Origin: an uncultured Verrucomicrobiae bacterium
GTDB taxonomy: Bacteria > Verrucomicrobiota > Verrucomicrobiia > Opitutales > JABDGR01
Reading direction: 5' to 3'
NCBI GenBank assembly: GCA_963765205.1
Contig: CAVXVB010000008.1
Span: forward strand, 192,001-256,000
DNA: 64,000 bases
Each line of letters starts with the position of its first letter. Positions within the stretch are counted from its first letter, which is position 1. The position numbers and the translations under genes were made by a program. The notes under the pieces were generated by a model. It was not told the origin of the DNA. It did not search any database and saw nothing but the letters and a program-made list of their open reading frames with translations. Below are positions 38,642 through 49,486 of the stretch, piece by piece.

Positions 38642-41600
38642 CTAATCTTCCAAACACGGCGCGAGCCACTTTTGCGCCGCGGCTGCGCTCCACTTTTTGC
38701 GCGCGGCATAATCGTCGAGCTGGTCGCGGCCAATCGGCCCCACATGAAAATATTTTGCCTGCGGGTACGCGAAATACAGCCCCGCCACCGTACTCGCCGG
38801 CCACATCGCGAAGTTTTCCGTCAGCCGTGCGCCGGTCACTCTCTCCGCGTCGAGCAGCCGCCACAGTTCGCTCTTCTCGGTGTGGTCGGGAATCGAGGGA
38901 TAGCCGATGGCCGGGCGGATGCCGCGGTATTTTTCGTCAATGAGTTCCTCGGTGGTCAAGTTTTCCTGCCGGTCGTAACCCCACCATTCCCGGCGCACCT
39001 TTTTATGCAAGTATTCCGCGAACGCCTCGACGCAGCGGTCGCCCAGCGCTTTGATCAGGATGCCGGTGAAATCATCGCGGTTCTGCTCGAACTCCTTCGC
39101 CCAGACCTCCACCTCCGACCCGGCCGTGCAGACAAACCCGCCGACCCAATCCGGCACGCCGAACTCCTTGGGCGCGACGAAATCCGCCAGGCATTGGTAA
39201 GGCCGGTCGCCGTCCTTTTCCTTCTGCTGGCGCAGGAAATGAAAGGTGTCCAGCACGCGGTTCCTACTTTCATCGGTGTAAATCTCGATGTCGTCCCCCA
39301 CACGGTTCGCGGGCCAGATGCCGACCGCACCGCGCGGCCGGAACCGTTTTTCCTTGATCACGCGCGCCAGCATTTTGGCCGCCTCGTCGTGCAACTTGCG
39401 CGCCTCAGCTCCGTATTTTTCGCTCTCAAAAATTTTCGGGTAAACCCCGCGCAAGCCCCACGAATGGAAAAACGGCGACCAGTCCAGGTTCGCGAAAATA
39501 TCCGCCAGTGGCTCCTTGTCGAGCACGCGCACGCCGGGCGCAGCGGGGCAGGCCGGCGGTTCTTTGACCCAGTCGAAGTGGTGGCCGCGCGCCCGCGCCT
39601 CCGCCAGGGGCAGCAATTTGACGGCCTCGCGCCCGGCGGCGTGGCGCACGCGCAGCTTTTCATATTTCGCGGCCGTTTCCGCCGCGAACCCGTGGCGCAT
39701 TTCCGGCGAGAGCAGCTTCGCGCACACGCCCACCACGCGCGAGGCGTCAATCACATGGATCACCGGCCCGGAATAATGCGGCGCAATCTTGAGCGCCGTG
39801 TGCGCCTCGCTGGTGGTCGCCCCGCCGATGAGCAGCGGCGCCCGCCAACCAAGGCGCTCCATTTCCGCCGCGTTGTGCGCCATTTCTTCGAGCGAGGGCG
39901 TGATGAGGCCCGACAACCCGATGATGTCGGCCTGTTTCTCCCGCGCGGTGGCGAGGATTTTTTCGCACGGCACCATCACCCCGAGGTCAATCACCTCATA
40001 GTTGTTACAGGCCAGCACCACGCCGACAATATTCTTGCCGATGTCATGCACGTCCCCCTTGACCGTGGCGAGGACGATGACGCCCTGCTTACGCGCGGCC
40101 GGGTTGGCCGCCCGCTCCGCCTCCATGAACGGCGTCAAGTGCGCGACCGCCTTCTTCATCACCCGCGCGCTCTTCACCACCTGCGGCAGAAACATCTTCC
40201 CTGCCCCGAACAGGTCACCGACGATTTTCATCCCATCCATCAGTGGCCCTTCGATGACCAGCAGCGGGCGGCCCAGTTGCAGGCGCGCCTCCTCGGTGTC
40301 CTCGTCAATAAAATCGGTGATGCCCTTGACCAGCGCGTGCGCCAGCCGTTTGCCCACCGGCAGTTGGCGCCACGTCGCGCTCTCCGGTTCCACCGCGGGG
40401 CCGCCCGCCGCCGCCGCCTGGTGCGCCTTGATCTCGTCCGCATAAGCGACGAGCCGCTCAGTCGCGTCGGCGCGCCGGTTGAGCAACACGTCCTCGACGA
40501 GTTCCTTCAGCCGAGGCTCGATCTCGTCATACACTGCGATCATGCCGGCGTTGACAATGGCCATGTCCAGCCCCGCGCGAATCGCGTGATACAGAAAGCA
40601 ACTGTGCATCGCCTCGCGCACCGTGTTGTTGCCGCGGAACGAAAACGAGACATTGCTCACGCCGCCGGAGATGCGCGCGCCTGGGCACGCCGCCTTGATT
40701 TCGGGGATCGCCTCGAAGAAATCCAGCGCGTAGCGGTTGTGCTCCTCAATGCCCGTCGCGACGGTCAGGATGTTCGGGTCGAACACGATGTCGCCCGGCG
40801 GGAAATCGAGCTGCTCCGTCAGCAACTTATACGCGCGCGTGCAAATGCGGACTTTTTCGGATTTGCTGGCCGCCTGCCCCTGCTCGTCGAAGGCCATGAC
40901 GATGGCGGCTGCGCCGTAGCGGCGCACTTCGCGCGCCTGGCGCAGGAATTTTTCCTCGCCCTCCTTGAGCGAAATCGAATTGACGACGCTTTTGCCCTGC
41001 GTGCATTTTAACCCCGCCTCAATCACGCTCCACTTCGAGCTGTCAATCATCAGCGGCACCCGCGCGATGTCCGGCTCGCTGCCGATGAGATTGAGGAAGC
41101 GCGTCATGCACGCCTCGCCGTCGAGCAGCGCCTCGTCGAAATTCACGTCGAGGATGTTCGCGCCGTTCTCGACTTGCTGGCGCGCGACGGCCAGCGCGGC
41201 GTCGAAGTCGCCCGCCTTGATCAGCTTCTTGAACTGCGGCGAACCGGTGATGTTCGTGCGCTCGCCGACGATCAAAAACGGCGCATCCGGCCCGGCGTGG
41301 GTCAGCGGCTCGAGACCGCTCAGGCGCAGGCCCGCGGGCGGGGGCGCGGGGCGGCGCGGCGGATATTTTTCCAGCCGCGCGCGAATGGCGCGAATGTGCG
41401 CGGGCGTCGTGCCACAGCAGCCGCCGACGATGTTCACCAGCCCCGCGCGCGCGAACTCCTCCAAAAACCCCGCCGTGTCCTCCGGCCCTTCGGGAAAGCC
41501 CGTTTCGCTGAGCGCGTCGGGCAGGCCCGCATTCGGGTAGCAGCTCACGTAGCAATCGGCCAGGTGCGACAATTCCTCGATATAGGGCCGCATCAGCGCC

Positions 41601-42394
41601 GCGCCCAGCGCGCAATTGAACCCCACCGACAATGGCCGCGCGTGCGCGACGGAATTCCAGAACGCCTCCGTGGTCTGCCCCGAGAGCGTGCGCCCCGAGG
41701 CGTCGGTGATGGTGCCGGAAACCAGCACCGGCAGCCGCCGCCCCGCGCGCTCGAAATACAAATCTATCGCATACAGGCAGGCCTTCACGTTCAACGTGTC
41801 GAAAATCGTCTCCGGCAGCAGCACGTCCACGCCGCCTTCGACCAGCGCGGCGACTTGCTCGTAATACGCGTCACGCACCTGGTCAAACGTCACGTCGCGC
41901 TTGCCCGGGTCGTTCACGTCGCGCGAGAGGGACAGCGTGCGGTTGAGCGGCCCCAGCGCGCCGGCGACGAAACACTTTCGCCCCGGCGTGGCGCGCTCGG
42001 CCTCGTCGGCGGCCTGGCGCGCAAGCCGCACGGCGGCGAGGTTTAATTCGCGCACCAGCGGTTCGAGCTGGAAGTCCGCCTGCGAAATCGTGGTCGCGTT
42101 AAACGTGTTGGTTTCCACCAGATCCGCACCCGCGGCGAAATACTGGCGGTGCACGTCGAGCACCAGTTCGGGCCGCGTCAGCACCAGCAAATCGTTGTTG
42201 TTCTTCAAGTCCGTCGGATGGTCCTTGAACCGCGCGCCGCGGTAATCCGCCTCCGCCAGTCGGTGCCGTTGCAGCATGGTGCCCATCGCGCCATCCAGAA
42301 AAACGAGGCGTTGCGCCAGCAGCGCGCGCAACTCCTCGCCGCGGGCCGTCAAAGGTAGGCGGTGCGTCGGGGCGATGGTCGCGGCAGCAGGCAT
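38642..42394 (-). CDS. metH: Cobalamin-dependent methionine synthase
   Basis: [32 protein letters not shown]12 motif, SGLITPSL, C-terminal reactivation domain. Confidence 0.98.
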   Translation of the reverse strand: MPAAATIAPTHRLPLTARGEELRALLAQRLVFLDGAMGTMLQRHRLAEADYRGARFKDHPTDLKNNNDLLVLTRPELVLDVHRQYFAAGADLVETNTFNATTISQADFQLEPLVRELNLAAVRLARQAADEAERATPGRKCFVAGALGPLNRTLSLSRDVNDPGKRDVTFDQVRDAYYEQVAALVEGGVDVLLPETIFDTLNVKACLYAIDLYFERAGRRLPVLVSGTITDASGRTLSGQTTEAFWNSVAHARPLSVGFNCALGAALMRPYIEELSHLADCYVSCYPNAGLPDALSETGFPEGPEDTAGFLEEFARAGLVNIVGGCCGTTPAHIRAIRARLEKYPPRRPAPPPAGLRLSGLEPLTHAGPDAPFLIVGERTNITGSPQFKKLIKAGDFDAALAVARQQVENGANILDVNFDEALLDGEACMTRFLNLIGSEPDIARVPLMIDSSKWSVIEAGLKCTQGKSVVNSISLKEGEEKFLRQAREVRRYGAAAIVMAFDEQGQAASKSEKVRICTRAYKLLTEQLDFPPGDIVFDPNILTVATGIEEHNRYALDFFEAIPEIKAACPGARISGGVSNVSFSFRGNNTVREAMHSCFLYHAIRAGLDMAIVNAGMIAVYDEIEPRLKELVEDVLLNRRADATERLVAYADEIKAHQAAAAGGPAVEPESATWRQLPVGKRLAHALVKGITDFIDEDTEEARLQLGRPLLVIEGPLMDGMKIVGDLFGAGKMFLPQVVKSARVMKKAVAHLTPFMEAERAANPAARKQGVIVLATVKGDVHDIGKNIVGVVLACNNYEVIDLGVMVPCEKILATAREKQADIIGLSGLITPSLEEMAHNAAEMERLGWRAPLLIGGATTSEAHTALKIAPHYSGPVIHVIDASRVVGVCAKLLSPEMRHGFAAETAAKYEKLRVRHAAGREAVKLLPLAEARARGHHFDWVKEPPACPAAPGVRVLDKEPLADIFANLDWSPFFHSWGLRGVYPKIFESEKYGAEARKLHDEAAKMLARVIKEKRFRPRGAVGIWPANRVGDDIEIYTDESRNRVLDTFHFLRQQKEKDGDRPYQCLADFVAPKEFGVPDWVGGFVCTAGSEVEVWAKEFEQNRDDFTGILIKALGDRCVEAFAEYLHKKVRREWWGYDRQENLTTEELIDEKYRGIRPAIGYPSIPDHTEKSELWRLLDAERVTGARLTENFAMWPASTVAGLYFAYPQAKYFHVGPIGRDQLDDYAARKKWSAAAAQKWLAPCLED

Positions 42395-42404
42395 GAAACT
42401 TAAC

Positions 42405-42437
42405 GAATCAACGTATGTTGATATGATGATATGTCAA
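42405..42437 (-). promoter_or_regulatory. metH promoter with SahR-like palindromic operator
   Basis: Minus-strand TTGACA (42437-42432), 16 bp, TACGTT. Palindrome ATCAAC-GTAT-GTTGAT (42407-42422) overlaps the -10. Confidence 0.65.
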
Positions 42438-42448
42438 GGGTGGAAAAT

Positions 42449-42575
42449 AAGGATGAAGGATGAAATCCAGAGTGGGCGGATATTCCCGTGACGACAAGCT
42501 TTGTGCTTCTTGAAACATTCATCCTCCATCCTTCATCCTTTCCCTTTCATCCTTCATCCCTCATCCTTCATCCCT
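42449..42575. repeat. TCATCCT heptamer tandem array with inverted AGGATGA units upstream
   Basis: aaggatgaaggatgaa ... ttcatcctccatccttcatcctttccctttcatccttcatccctcatccttcatccc. Confidence 0.8.
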
Positions 42576-42583
42576 TTTCCCCG

Positions 42584-43240
42584 ATGTCCCCCTTCGCCGA
42601 ACTGCCCCTCCCGCCCGACGCCGCCCCGCGCCTCGCCGCGCTGGCGGCGCTGCTGCGCGAGTGGAACGCCCGGCTCAACCTCGTCTCGCGCGCCGATGTC
42701 GAAAACCTCGAACGACGGCACCTCGCCGCCTGCCTCGCCCCGCTGAAATTCCTGCGCCTTGAACCCGGTGCCACAGTTTTGGATGTCGGCACGGGCGGCG
42801 GCCTGCCGGGCCTGCCGCTGGCCATTTGCTACCCGCAGGCGAAATTTCTGTTGGTGGATTCCATCGGCAAAAAAATCCGCGCAGTCGAAGACATGGCCCA
42901 TCGCCTTGGCTTGAAAAACGTCGAGGCGCGAATTGCCCGCGTTGAAAGCCTGACCGGCCAATTTGATTTTGTGCTGGGCCGCGCCGTCGCGGCACTGCCG
43001 GAGTTCGCCGGCTGGGTGCGCCCACGGCTGAAGCGCGGTGCGCGCCACTCGCTGGAAAATGGCCTGCTGATCTGGAAAGGCGGCGATTTGGCCGCCGAAA
43101 TCGCTGCCCTCGGCGTCGCGCCGCGGCAGAAGTTCTTCCTCGAAGCCTTTTTCCAGGACCTCTATTTTCAGGGAAAATACATCCTCCATTTCGCCGCCGA
43201 GGACATATTGAGCCAACCGCCCCGCCATGCGCCCGCCTGA
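42584..43240 (+). CDS. rsmG: 16S rRNA m7G527 methyltransferase
   Basis: WNARLNLVS, LDVGTGGGLPGLPLAI, VDSIGKK, RAVA, WKG. Confidence 0.93.
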   Translation: MSPFAELPLPPDAAPRLAALAALLREWNARLNLVSRADVENLERRHLAACLAPLKFLRLEPGATVLDVGTGGGLPGLPLAICYPQAKFLLVDSIGKKIRAVEDMAHRLGLKNVEARIARVESLTGQFDFVLGRAVAALPEFAGWVRPRLKRGARHSLENGLLIWKGGDLAAEIAALGVAPRQKFFLEAFFQDLYFQGKYILHFAAEDILSQPPRHAPA

Positions 43241-43775
43241 CCCCGCCCTCGCGCAACGCCTCGCCCAATTTCTCGGGCAGCCGCCGCGCCTCGACCCGAC
43301 CGCCTACGTCGCGCCGCAGGCCACCGTCGTCGGCGACGTGCGGCTGGGCGCGCATTGCAGCGTCTGGCCGGCGGCGGTGCTGCGTGGCGACATCAATTAC
43401 ATCGCCGTGGGCGAGGGCACGAACATCCAGGACGGCGCGGTCGTCCATCTGGCCGATGATTTCCCCGCGATCATTGGGCGCTATGTTACCATCGGACATC
43501 GGGCGGTGATTCATGCCTGCGTGATTGAGGACGAATGCCTCATTGGCATGTCCGCGACCATTCTCGATGGCGCCGTCATCGGCGCGCAATCAATTATCGG
43601 CGCGGGCGCGCTGGTGACCAAGGGCACGAAAATCCCGCCCGGCTCGCTGGTGCTGGGCGCACCCGCGCGCATCCTGCGCGCGCTCACGCCCGAGGAACGC
43701 GCCGCCTTGCGCGATTCCGCGAAAAAATATATCCAGGTCGCCGCCGCGCACCGAAGCCGGAGCAACCCGCGATGA
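43227..43775 (+). CDS. Gamma-carbonic-anhydrase-family (YrdA-like) hexapeptide protein
   Basis: VLRGDIN, NIQDGAVVH, TIGHRAVIHAC. Confidence 0.92.
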   Translation: MRPPDPALAQRLAQFLGQPPRLDPTAYVAPQATVVGDVRLGAHCSVWPAAVLRGDINYIAVGEGTNIQDGAVVHLADDFPAIIGRYVTIGHRAVIHACVIEDECLIGMSATILDGAVIGAQSIIGAGALVTKGTKIPPGSLVLGAPARILRALTPEERAALRDSAKKYIQVAAAHRSRSNPR

Positions 43776-44008
43776 CCACCCACATCGCATCCTGGGTTCG
43801 CGAAGTGGCCCAGTTAGGGCCGGACGCCGCCGTCCAGGTGCGCGACGAGGCCCATTGCCCCGACCCCGCCTGCCCGCTGCGCCACACGGCGATTTTGTGG
43901 GCGGACGCCGCGGGCCAAACCCACCGCATCGTGATCGTGAAACCACCCGCCTATGTGCGCCGGCCCGATGTCGAGCGCGCGCTGCGCCTTTTCGCGGCAA
44001 TGCGGTGA
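43772..44008 (+). CDS. Small hypothetical protein with CPDPACP motif
   Basis: ATGA-coupled to the upstream gene, 78 aa, possible metal-binding CxxxxC. Confidence 0.65.
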   Translation: MTTHIASWVREVAQLGPDAAVQVRDEAHCPDPACPLRHTAILWADAAGQTHRIVIVKPPAYVRRPDVERALRLFAAMR

Positions 44009-44011
44009 CGC

Positions 44012-44611
44012 TTAATCAGCCGGTTTGCCGCTGGCTCGCGCGCCGACTTTCAACGGACTCCGCGCCTCGCGTTTTAATTTTTTCAACGCCGCGTCCAGAC
44101 CCTCGACATATTTCGGATCCATGCGGTCAATGAACAGCACGCCTTCGACGTGGTCGAATTCGTGCTGGATGACGCGCGCGAGCAGCCCGGAGGTTTCCAA
44201 AATGTGTGGCCGGCCCTGCGCGTCCTGGTAGCGCAGGCGCACCGCCCACGGGCGCGCGACCTTCCCGCGAATTTCCGGGAACGACAGGCAGCCTTCCTCG
44301 ACCGTGCGCGTTTCGCCCGACCGATATTCGACCTCCGGGTTTGCCACAATGAGCGGCATCAGCAGCGCGGGCGGCACGGATTTGCCGTCCAGGATGACCT
44401 TCTCCGCCTCGGCCGTGCGGCTTTGCAAATCCGCCACAAACAGGCGCTTGGCTTGGCCGACCTGCTGCGCCGCCAGGCCGATGCCTTCGTTGGCGCTCAT
44501 GGTTTCGAGCAGGTCGCGCGCAAAATCCGCCAGCGCCGCGTCGAACGTCGTGACGGTGGCCCCGCGCTTGCGCAGCACCGGGTCGCCATAAAAGCGGACA
44601 TCGAGAAGCAT
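44012..44611 (-). CDS. def: Peptide deformylase
   Basis: GIGLAAQQVG, EGCLS, QHEFDH. Confidence 0.96.
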   Translation of the reverse strand: MLLDVRFYGDPVLRKRGATVTTFDAALADFARDLLETMSANEGIGLAAQQVGQAKRLFVADLQSRTAEAEKVILDGKSVPPALLMPLIVANPEVEYRSGETRTVEEGCLSFPEIRGKVARPWAVRLRYQDAQGRPHILETSGLLARVIQHEFDHVEGVLFIDRMDPKYVEGLDAALKKLKREARSPLKVGARASGKPAD

Positions 44612-44692
44612 GGGGATATCTTAAAGGTGAAAAGAGTGGTGCGAAAACAAAAAACATCAAGCGACCAAGGTTGTATTTTAACCCCAAAACAA

Positions 44693-44766
44693 TTCACCGC
44701 AAAGCCGCAAAGAAGGATTTCTGCGCGAACGCTTTTCTTTGCGTTCTTTGCGCCTTTGCGATGAAA
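44693..44766. repeat. CGCAAAG-type inverted repeat
   Basis: ttcaccgcaaagccgcaaag ... ctttgcgttctttgcgcctttgcgatgaa. Confidence 0.8.
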
Positions 44767-44804
44767 CGAAGATTCAAAACAAGCCCTGGGTGATTCAAGA
44801 AATT

Positions 44805-45044
44805 TCATGCTCCACACAAACGGCGCTGGTTCAGAAGCGCCCTAGCCTGGGAAAAAGACCAGCGTTTGCCGTCGTCCATCTCCCGGTTAAGCCGGTCCAG
44901 CTCGGCCGCAAAAGCGGGGTCGCGGCTGAGCCGTTCGGCGTGAATCCACGCGGACACGGAAGCCTTTTGCCGTTCCGGCAGCTCGTTGTAGGCTTGCTTG
45001 ATTTGGCTAGTGGTCATGGGGAAAAAATCGTGCTGGTGGGTCAC
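44805..45044 (-). CDS. Small hypothetical protein (orphan antitoxin-like)
   Basis: MTTSQIKQAYNELPERQK...AELDRLNREMDDG resembles addiction-module antitoxin components. Weak call. Confidence 0.5.
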   Translation of the reverse strand: MTHQHDFFPMTTSQIKQAYNELPERQKASVSAWIHAERLSRDPAFAAELDRLNREMDDGKRWSFSQARALLNQRRLCGA

Positions 45045-45097
45045 TTTGTCAATCTTCCGCTAAAGCCGAAATCGAGTGGATTAATCCGATGATGCCT

Positions 45098-46309
45098 TCA
45101 AGCGGTGAGTGAATATTCGAGCGCCTTTCCGCCAACGGCCAAAGTCACATGGTTCGCCCCGTCTTTTTTGCGCGATTTGCGCACCTCACCCACCCGTTGT
45201 GCTGCGATGCCAAAGTTCGCGGCCGTGGCAACGACCCAGGCGACATCGTCCGGCAGGCAATACACCTCCATGCGGTGGCCCATGTTGAACACCCGGTGCA
45301 TTTCGTGCGCCGTCGCGCCGCCGGCCTTTTGGATGGCGCGAAAGATGGGCGGCGGTGTAAACAAATTGTCCTTGATGAAATGCAGCCCGCGCCCGAAGCG
45401 CAGGCATTTCGTCTGCCCGCCGCCGGAACAATGCACGAGGCCGGCGAGACCCGCGCGGTTTTCCCGCAGCATCCGCGCGATGACCGGCGCATAGGTGCGC
45501 GTCGGGCTGAGCAGCGCCTGGCCGACGGTCATCTCACTGCCCGGCAACGCGTCCTCCAGCCGATAGGGGCCGCAATAGACGAAGGGTTTTTTGGTCGCGG
45601 CGTCAAAGGTTTCCGGGAATTTTTTGCGGTAATAAGAACCCAGCAAGTCGTGGCGCGCGCTGGTGAGGCCGTTGCTGCCGATGCCGCTGTTGGGCGCGTC
45701 TTCGTAACTCGCCTGCCCAAAGGAGGCTAAGCCGACAATCGCCAGTCCCGGGCGCAATTTTTCATTCGTCACCACCTCGTCGCGCCGCAGCACCGCCACG
45801 GCGCAGGAGTCCACGGTCAGCGTCGGCGTCAAGTCCGCCACGTCCGCCGTTTCGCCGCCACCGTTGACGGCTTCGATGCCCAGCGTGCGCAGACGGTTGA
45901 TGAAATCCTCGTGGCCGGCGATGAGTTCCGCCAGCGGCCCGGCGGGGAAGCGCCGCGCATTGCGGTTGATGGTGCTGGAAAAAAGAACCGGCCCCGTTGC
46001 GCCGACGCACAACAAATCGTCGAGGTTCATCACCAGGCTGTCCTGCGCGATGCCGCGGAAGACGCGCGCATCGCCCGTTTCCCGCCACTGCAGATAGGCC
46101 AGCAGCGCCTTGGTGCCCGCGCCGTCGGCGTGGATGACGTTGCACAGGGCGGGGTTGCCCGTCAGGTAATCGGGCGTGATTTTGCAAAACGCGCCGGGAA
46201 AGAGGCCGCGGTCCAGTTTATCTACGGCTGCGTGGACATCGCCTTTGGTGGCCGACGCGCCGCGCGCCGCGTAGCGGCCGGATTCAGGTGGGGAAGGGCG
46301 TATGGGCAC
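45098..46309 (-). CDS. purM: AIR synthase (PurM-like, long type)
   Basis: [47 protein letters not shown]. Start uncertain (GTG 46309; ORF to 46348). Confidence 0.88.
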   Translation of the reverse strand: MPIRPSPPESGRYAARGASATKGDVHAAVDKLDRGLFPGAFCKITPDYLTGNPALCNVIHADGAGTKALLAYLQWRETGDARVFRGIAQDSLVMNLDDLLCVGATGPVLFSSTINRNARRFPAGPLAELIAGHEDFINRLRTLGIEAVNGGGETADVADLTPTLTVDSCAVAVLRRDEVVTNEKLRPGLAIVGLASFGQASYEDAPNSGIGSNGLTSARHDLLGSYYRKKFPETFDAATKKPFVYCGPYRLEDALPGSEMTVGQALLSPTRTYAPVIARMLRENRAGLAGLVHCSGGGQTKCLRFGRGLHFIKDNLFTPPPIFRAIQKAGGATAHEMHRVFNMGHRMEVYCLPDDVAWVVATAANFGIAAQRVGEVRKSRKKDGANHVTLAVGGKALEYSLTA

Positions 46310-46348
46310 AGTTAAGCAAAAGGTGCGAGAAAGCCATCGGGACGTCAC

Positions 46349-46741
46349 TCAAAAAAACGTTTCGAAACCGGCTTGGCGAAAATGATGGTCGTTGGTCAAG
46401 ACGGCGCGCAGGCCTTTTTCGCGCATAATGACGAACGAAAAGCAATCGGTCAGCGACCAGGCTTTGTCGTCGTGCTGATGGTAGAGCAGCCACGCTGCGG
46501 CCAAATATTGGGAATTCACCGGTTCGACCAAGGCGGCCCGGCGCAACAACTCATAATAGTCGCGCACCAGCGTGCGATAGCGCGACCGGGCCACGCTGTT
46601 GGCCAGTTCAATCAACACCAATTCCGTGGTGACAATCGGTTCAGCGTGCGCACGCGACCAAGCCAGCACCGGTTCGTGATACTCGTCCCGTGGGTTGACG
46701 CGGGCCTGAAAATAAAAGGTGTCGGCGAAACAGGGTTTCAT
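46349..46741 (-). CDS. PIN-domain (VapC) toxin
   Basis: FADTFYF, TTELVLIE, WSLTDCFSF, LTNDHHF. Confidence 0.9.
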   Translation of the reverse strand: MKPCFADTFYFQARVNPRDEYHEPVLAWSRAHAEPIVTTELVLIELANSVARSRYRTLVRDYYELLRRAALVEPVNSQYLAAAWLLYHQHDDKAWSLTDCFSFVIMREKGLRAVLTNDHHFRQAGFETFF

Positions 46742-46929
46742 CGTTTCGCCGTTTTGGGCGAACCGTAAAGATAATGATCGTGTTGGGCGGCAAAGTCCGC
46801 GGGCAAATCGGCGACCAAGCCGTCAAAGTCTTTGAGCAACTCGTAAAGCGTGCGCCGGCGCGCAGGGCGGACGAATTTCCGCCGCGCGGCCCCGCCGACC
46901 CGGCGTCCGGGGATGGTGGTTGCTTTCAT
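46738..46929 (-). CDS. Putative antitoxin (VapB-like)
   Basis: ATGA overlap with the PIN gene. C-terminal LPADFAAQHDHYLYG. Confidence 0.75.
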   Translation of the reverse strand: MKATTIPGRRVGGAARRKFVRPARRRTLYELLKDFDGLVADLPADFAAQHDHYLYGSPKTAKR

Positions 46930-46992
46930 GGCGGCAAATCTGCGTCAAATCCGGTGGGTGGGCAACCCTGAATTTGTCCGTCGCAAGCAAAG

Positions 46993-47595
46993 TCAAACCA
47001 GCAATTTTTCAATTTCCGTCCGCAGCGCGCGATGGTCGTGCGTCACGGGAAACTGCGGGTTGGCCGCCGCGAAGGCGTCGGTCGGACAGAACAAAATGCC
47101 GTGGTTGGCGGCCTGGAGCATGGCGAGGTCGTTGTGCGAATCGCCCGCCGCGATGGTGTCGTAATTCAGGGCGCGCAGGGCCTCAACCGCGCGGCGCTTT
47201 TGGTCGGGCAGGCGCAGGCGGTAGCCGCTGATGCGCCCGCCGGGCGCGACCTCGAGTTCGTGGCACAGCAGCGTCGGCCAGCCGAGCTGGCGCAGGAGCG
47301 GCGCGGCAAACTGCTCGAACGTGTCCGACAAAATGATCACTTGGGTGCGCGCGCGCAGCCAGTCGAGAAATTCGCGGGCTCCATCCAGTGGCCGCAGGGT
47401 GCCGATGACTTCCTGAATGTGCGACAGGGTGATGCCGTGGCGGTCGAGCAGATCCAGGCGGTAGCGCATGAGTTTGTCGTAGTCCGGCTCGTCGCGCGTG
47501 GTGCGGCGCAATTCGGGCCGCCCGGTTTTTTCGGCGACGGCGATCCAGATTTCGGGCACGAGCACGCCTTCGAGGTCGAGACAAACAAGGTGCAT
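46993..47595 (-). CDS. thrH: Bifunctional phosphoserine phosphatase / homoserine phosphotransferase
   Basis: CLDLEGVLVPEIW, TTRDEPDYDKLM, ILSDTF, AAGDSHND. Confidence 0.94.
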   Translation of the reverse strand: MHLVCLDLEGVLVPEIWIAVAEKTGRPELRRTTRDEPDYDKLMRYRLDLLDRHGITLSHIQEVIGTLRPLDGAREFLDWLRARTQVIILSDTFEQFAAPLLRQLGWPTLLCHELEVAPGGRISGYRLRLPDQKRRAVEALRALNYDTIAAGDSHNDLAMLQAANHGILFCPTDAFAAANPQFPVTHDHRALRTEIEKLLV

Positions 47596-47631
47596 GGCAG
47601 GCGGGTAGCGTCGGAATTTCCGGCGTCGGCG

Positions 47632-49311
47632 TCAATCCTTCGTCGCGGTTGTTGCGGGTTGGGCGGGTGGTGGGGCGGCTGGCTGGATTTGCACGCGGTG
47701 GTCAATGGCGCCGTTGGCCTTCACATAGACGAGCCATTCGTCGTAGCCGGGAAACCAGCGCGCCAATTCCGCGACGCGGTCCGGCCCGAGGGCGCGCAGC
47801 CACAAAACGTCCTGGGTGGCCGGGTCGGGCGAATTATACACCCATTCGGCGTTGGGGTCGTGATCGGGCGCGTAGATGACGAGGGCGAGTTGCTTGCGCC
47901 CGGTGGCTTGGGCGTGGTCGGCCAGTTCCTGGCGCGTCTGTTCGCGGTCGTAAACCCAGGGGAAGGTCAGCCATTGGGGAAAGCCGCGCGTCAAATCCCG
48001 GGTCGTGGCCGCGACCGGCCAGATCGCCAGTAACGCGCACGCGGCGCAGCCGAGCCACGGCCAGGTGCGCCGCGCCGCGCCCAACTGCCGCGCGCCCTGC
48101 ACCACCAGCAGCAAGGCCGGCGCGGTCCACGCCGCCACATAATGCGAGAAGCCATAGAAACGCAGCGTCAGCAACGGCACGGCGATAAAGAGCAGGCTCA
48201 ACAACGCCAGCCGCGCCATGCGGTCGCGCGCCCAAAAAACGGCGGCTAGCCCCATGGCCGCGAGTGGCCAAAGCCAAGGCGGAAAGAGAAACCCGAATTG
48301 CGCGGCGGCGAATTTTTTCAGGTTTGCCCCGTATTGCGCCATCGTCAGCGGATTGGCGCTCATGTTCGTGGCATACTCCTTTTCATAGTTGGCCAGAAAC
48401 GACGGCAAACCCGGCGGGTCGGGCGCGGGTTTTTCCCAGATGAAAAGCACGACGCCGGGGACATGCGTCTGGTCATAGAGGCGGTGCGCGAAGACCGAGG
48501 GGCTGCCGGTGGTCGCCGCATTGTAGCCGAGCATCAGCGCCACGCCCACCGCCGCCGGCAGGATGAAAGCCAGCAAACTGGCCCATGCGTCTTTTCCATT
48601 GCCTGCGCGAATATCGCGCGCGGTCGCGCCGAGCAGCAAGGCCGCCGGCCCGAGCGCAAAAATAAAACCGTCCAGTGGCCGCGTGAGCGCCATGAGGCCG
48701 CAGCCCACGCCCGCCCAGGCCGCTGCGGTCCACGGATTGCCCCGCCGCCGCCAGCACCGCAGTGCGCCGCCGAAGGCCAGCGTGCCGCCCAGCGCGAGCA
48801 CGCTACCGCCCCAGTAGGAATAGCCCCAATCGGTCATGGCCCCGTAGCCGATCATCGCCGCCAGCGCCCCGCCCAGCGCCCACGCCGGCGGCGCGGCGGC
48901 GCGCAGCATCCAATACAGCGCCACGGCCCACAGCCCGTTCACGATCCACACGCCGATGATCGCATTCCCGAGCCAGATCCCCAGCGCCAGCGCCGCGCCC
49001 GCGCCGGGCGGAAACTTCGCCACGTAGCGCGGCGTGATGAACTCATGAAACGTCTCGTAAAATTCCGGCGGCCCCGGCGGCGGGTCGTTAGTCAGCCGCC
49101 CATGAGCGAGGGTCTCGCCGATGAAGAGGTTGGCCTGCTCGTCATGCAGCGCGGGCAGCGGCGCACCATAGCGCAGCACGGGCAGGGCGGTGAAGGCCAC
49201 ACCCGCCGCGAAGAGCAACCCCGCCGCCAGCGCGGGCCGCCCGGCCAGACGCGAAATCGCCGCGCGAAACATCTGTGGATTTTTCCGTGCGCGGGTGGAT
49301 TTGGCAACCAC
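47632..49311 (-). CDS. Multi-pass membrane protein, probable GT-C-superfamily glycosyltransferase
   Basis: HDE motif after TM1, GRLTN, KFPPG, SYWGG, TRP, ~11 TM segments. Confidence 0.7.
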   Translation of the reverse strand: MVAKSTRARKNPQMFRAAISRLAGRPALAAGLLFAAGVAFTALPVLRYGAPLPALHDEQANLFIGETLAHGRLTNDPPPGPPEFYETFHEFITPRYVAKFPPGAGAALALGIWLGNAIIGVWIVNGLWAVALYWMLRAAAPPAWALGGALAAMIGYGAMTDWGYSYWGGSVLALGGTLAFGGALRCWRRRGNPWTAAAWAGVGCGLMALTRPLDGFIFALGPAALLLGATARDIRAGNGKDAWASLLAFILPAAVGVALMLGYNAATTGSPSVFAHRLYDQTHVPGVVLFIWEKPAPDPPGLPSFLANYEKEYATNMSANPLTMAQYGANLKKFAAAQFGFLFPPWLWPLAAMGLAAVFWARDRMARLALLSLLFIAVPLLTLRFYGFSHYVAAWTAPALLLVVQGARQLGAARRTWPWLGCAACALLAIWPVAATTRDLTRGFPQWLTFPWVYDREQTRQELADHAQATGRKQLALVIYAPDHDPNAEWVYNSPDPATQDVLWLRALGPDRVAELARWFPGYDEWLVYVKANGAIDHRVQIQPAAPPPAQPATTATKD

Positions 49312-49331
49312 GGAGTGGGGGCGGTTTAATT

Positions 49332-49476
49332 TTCACCGCAAAGGCGCAGAGAAGGAGAATTAAACCACGGAGAACACGGAGGGCACGGAGGGGCTGGTTT
49401 TGAATGGAATTATCTCTGTGCTCTCCGTGTTCTCCGTGGTTAAACCCCCTGGCGCCCTTCGCGCCTTTGCGGTGAA
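49332..49476. repeat. Nested repeat: CACGGAG-type IR (49363-49441) inside a CGCAAAG-type IR
   Basis: ttcaccgcaaaggcgcagag [aaccacggagaacacggagggcacggag ... ctctgtgctctccgtgttctccgtggtt] ggcgcccttcgcgcctttgcggtgaa. Confidence 0.88.
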
Positions 49477-49486
49477 CCATTCCCGC

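Noticed and set aside
38672..41011. Long antisense or alternate-frame ORFs (e.g. 38672..41011 +, 486..2306 -, 2385..4031 -, 29451..31415 +, most of 52001..53623 -)
   Set aside because: Shadow ORFs of high-GC genes that overlap well-supported CDSs and carry no motifs. Only the last 85 codons of 52001..53623 are real (Phd antitoxin).
42395..42583. SAM or cobalamin riboswitch upstream of metH
   Set aside because: No conserved riboswitch core seen. The space is taken by a promoter, an operator palindrome and heptamer repeats.
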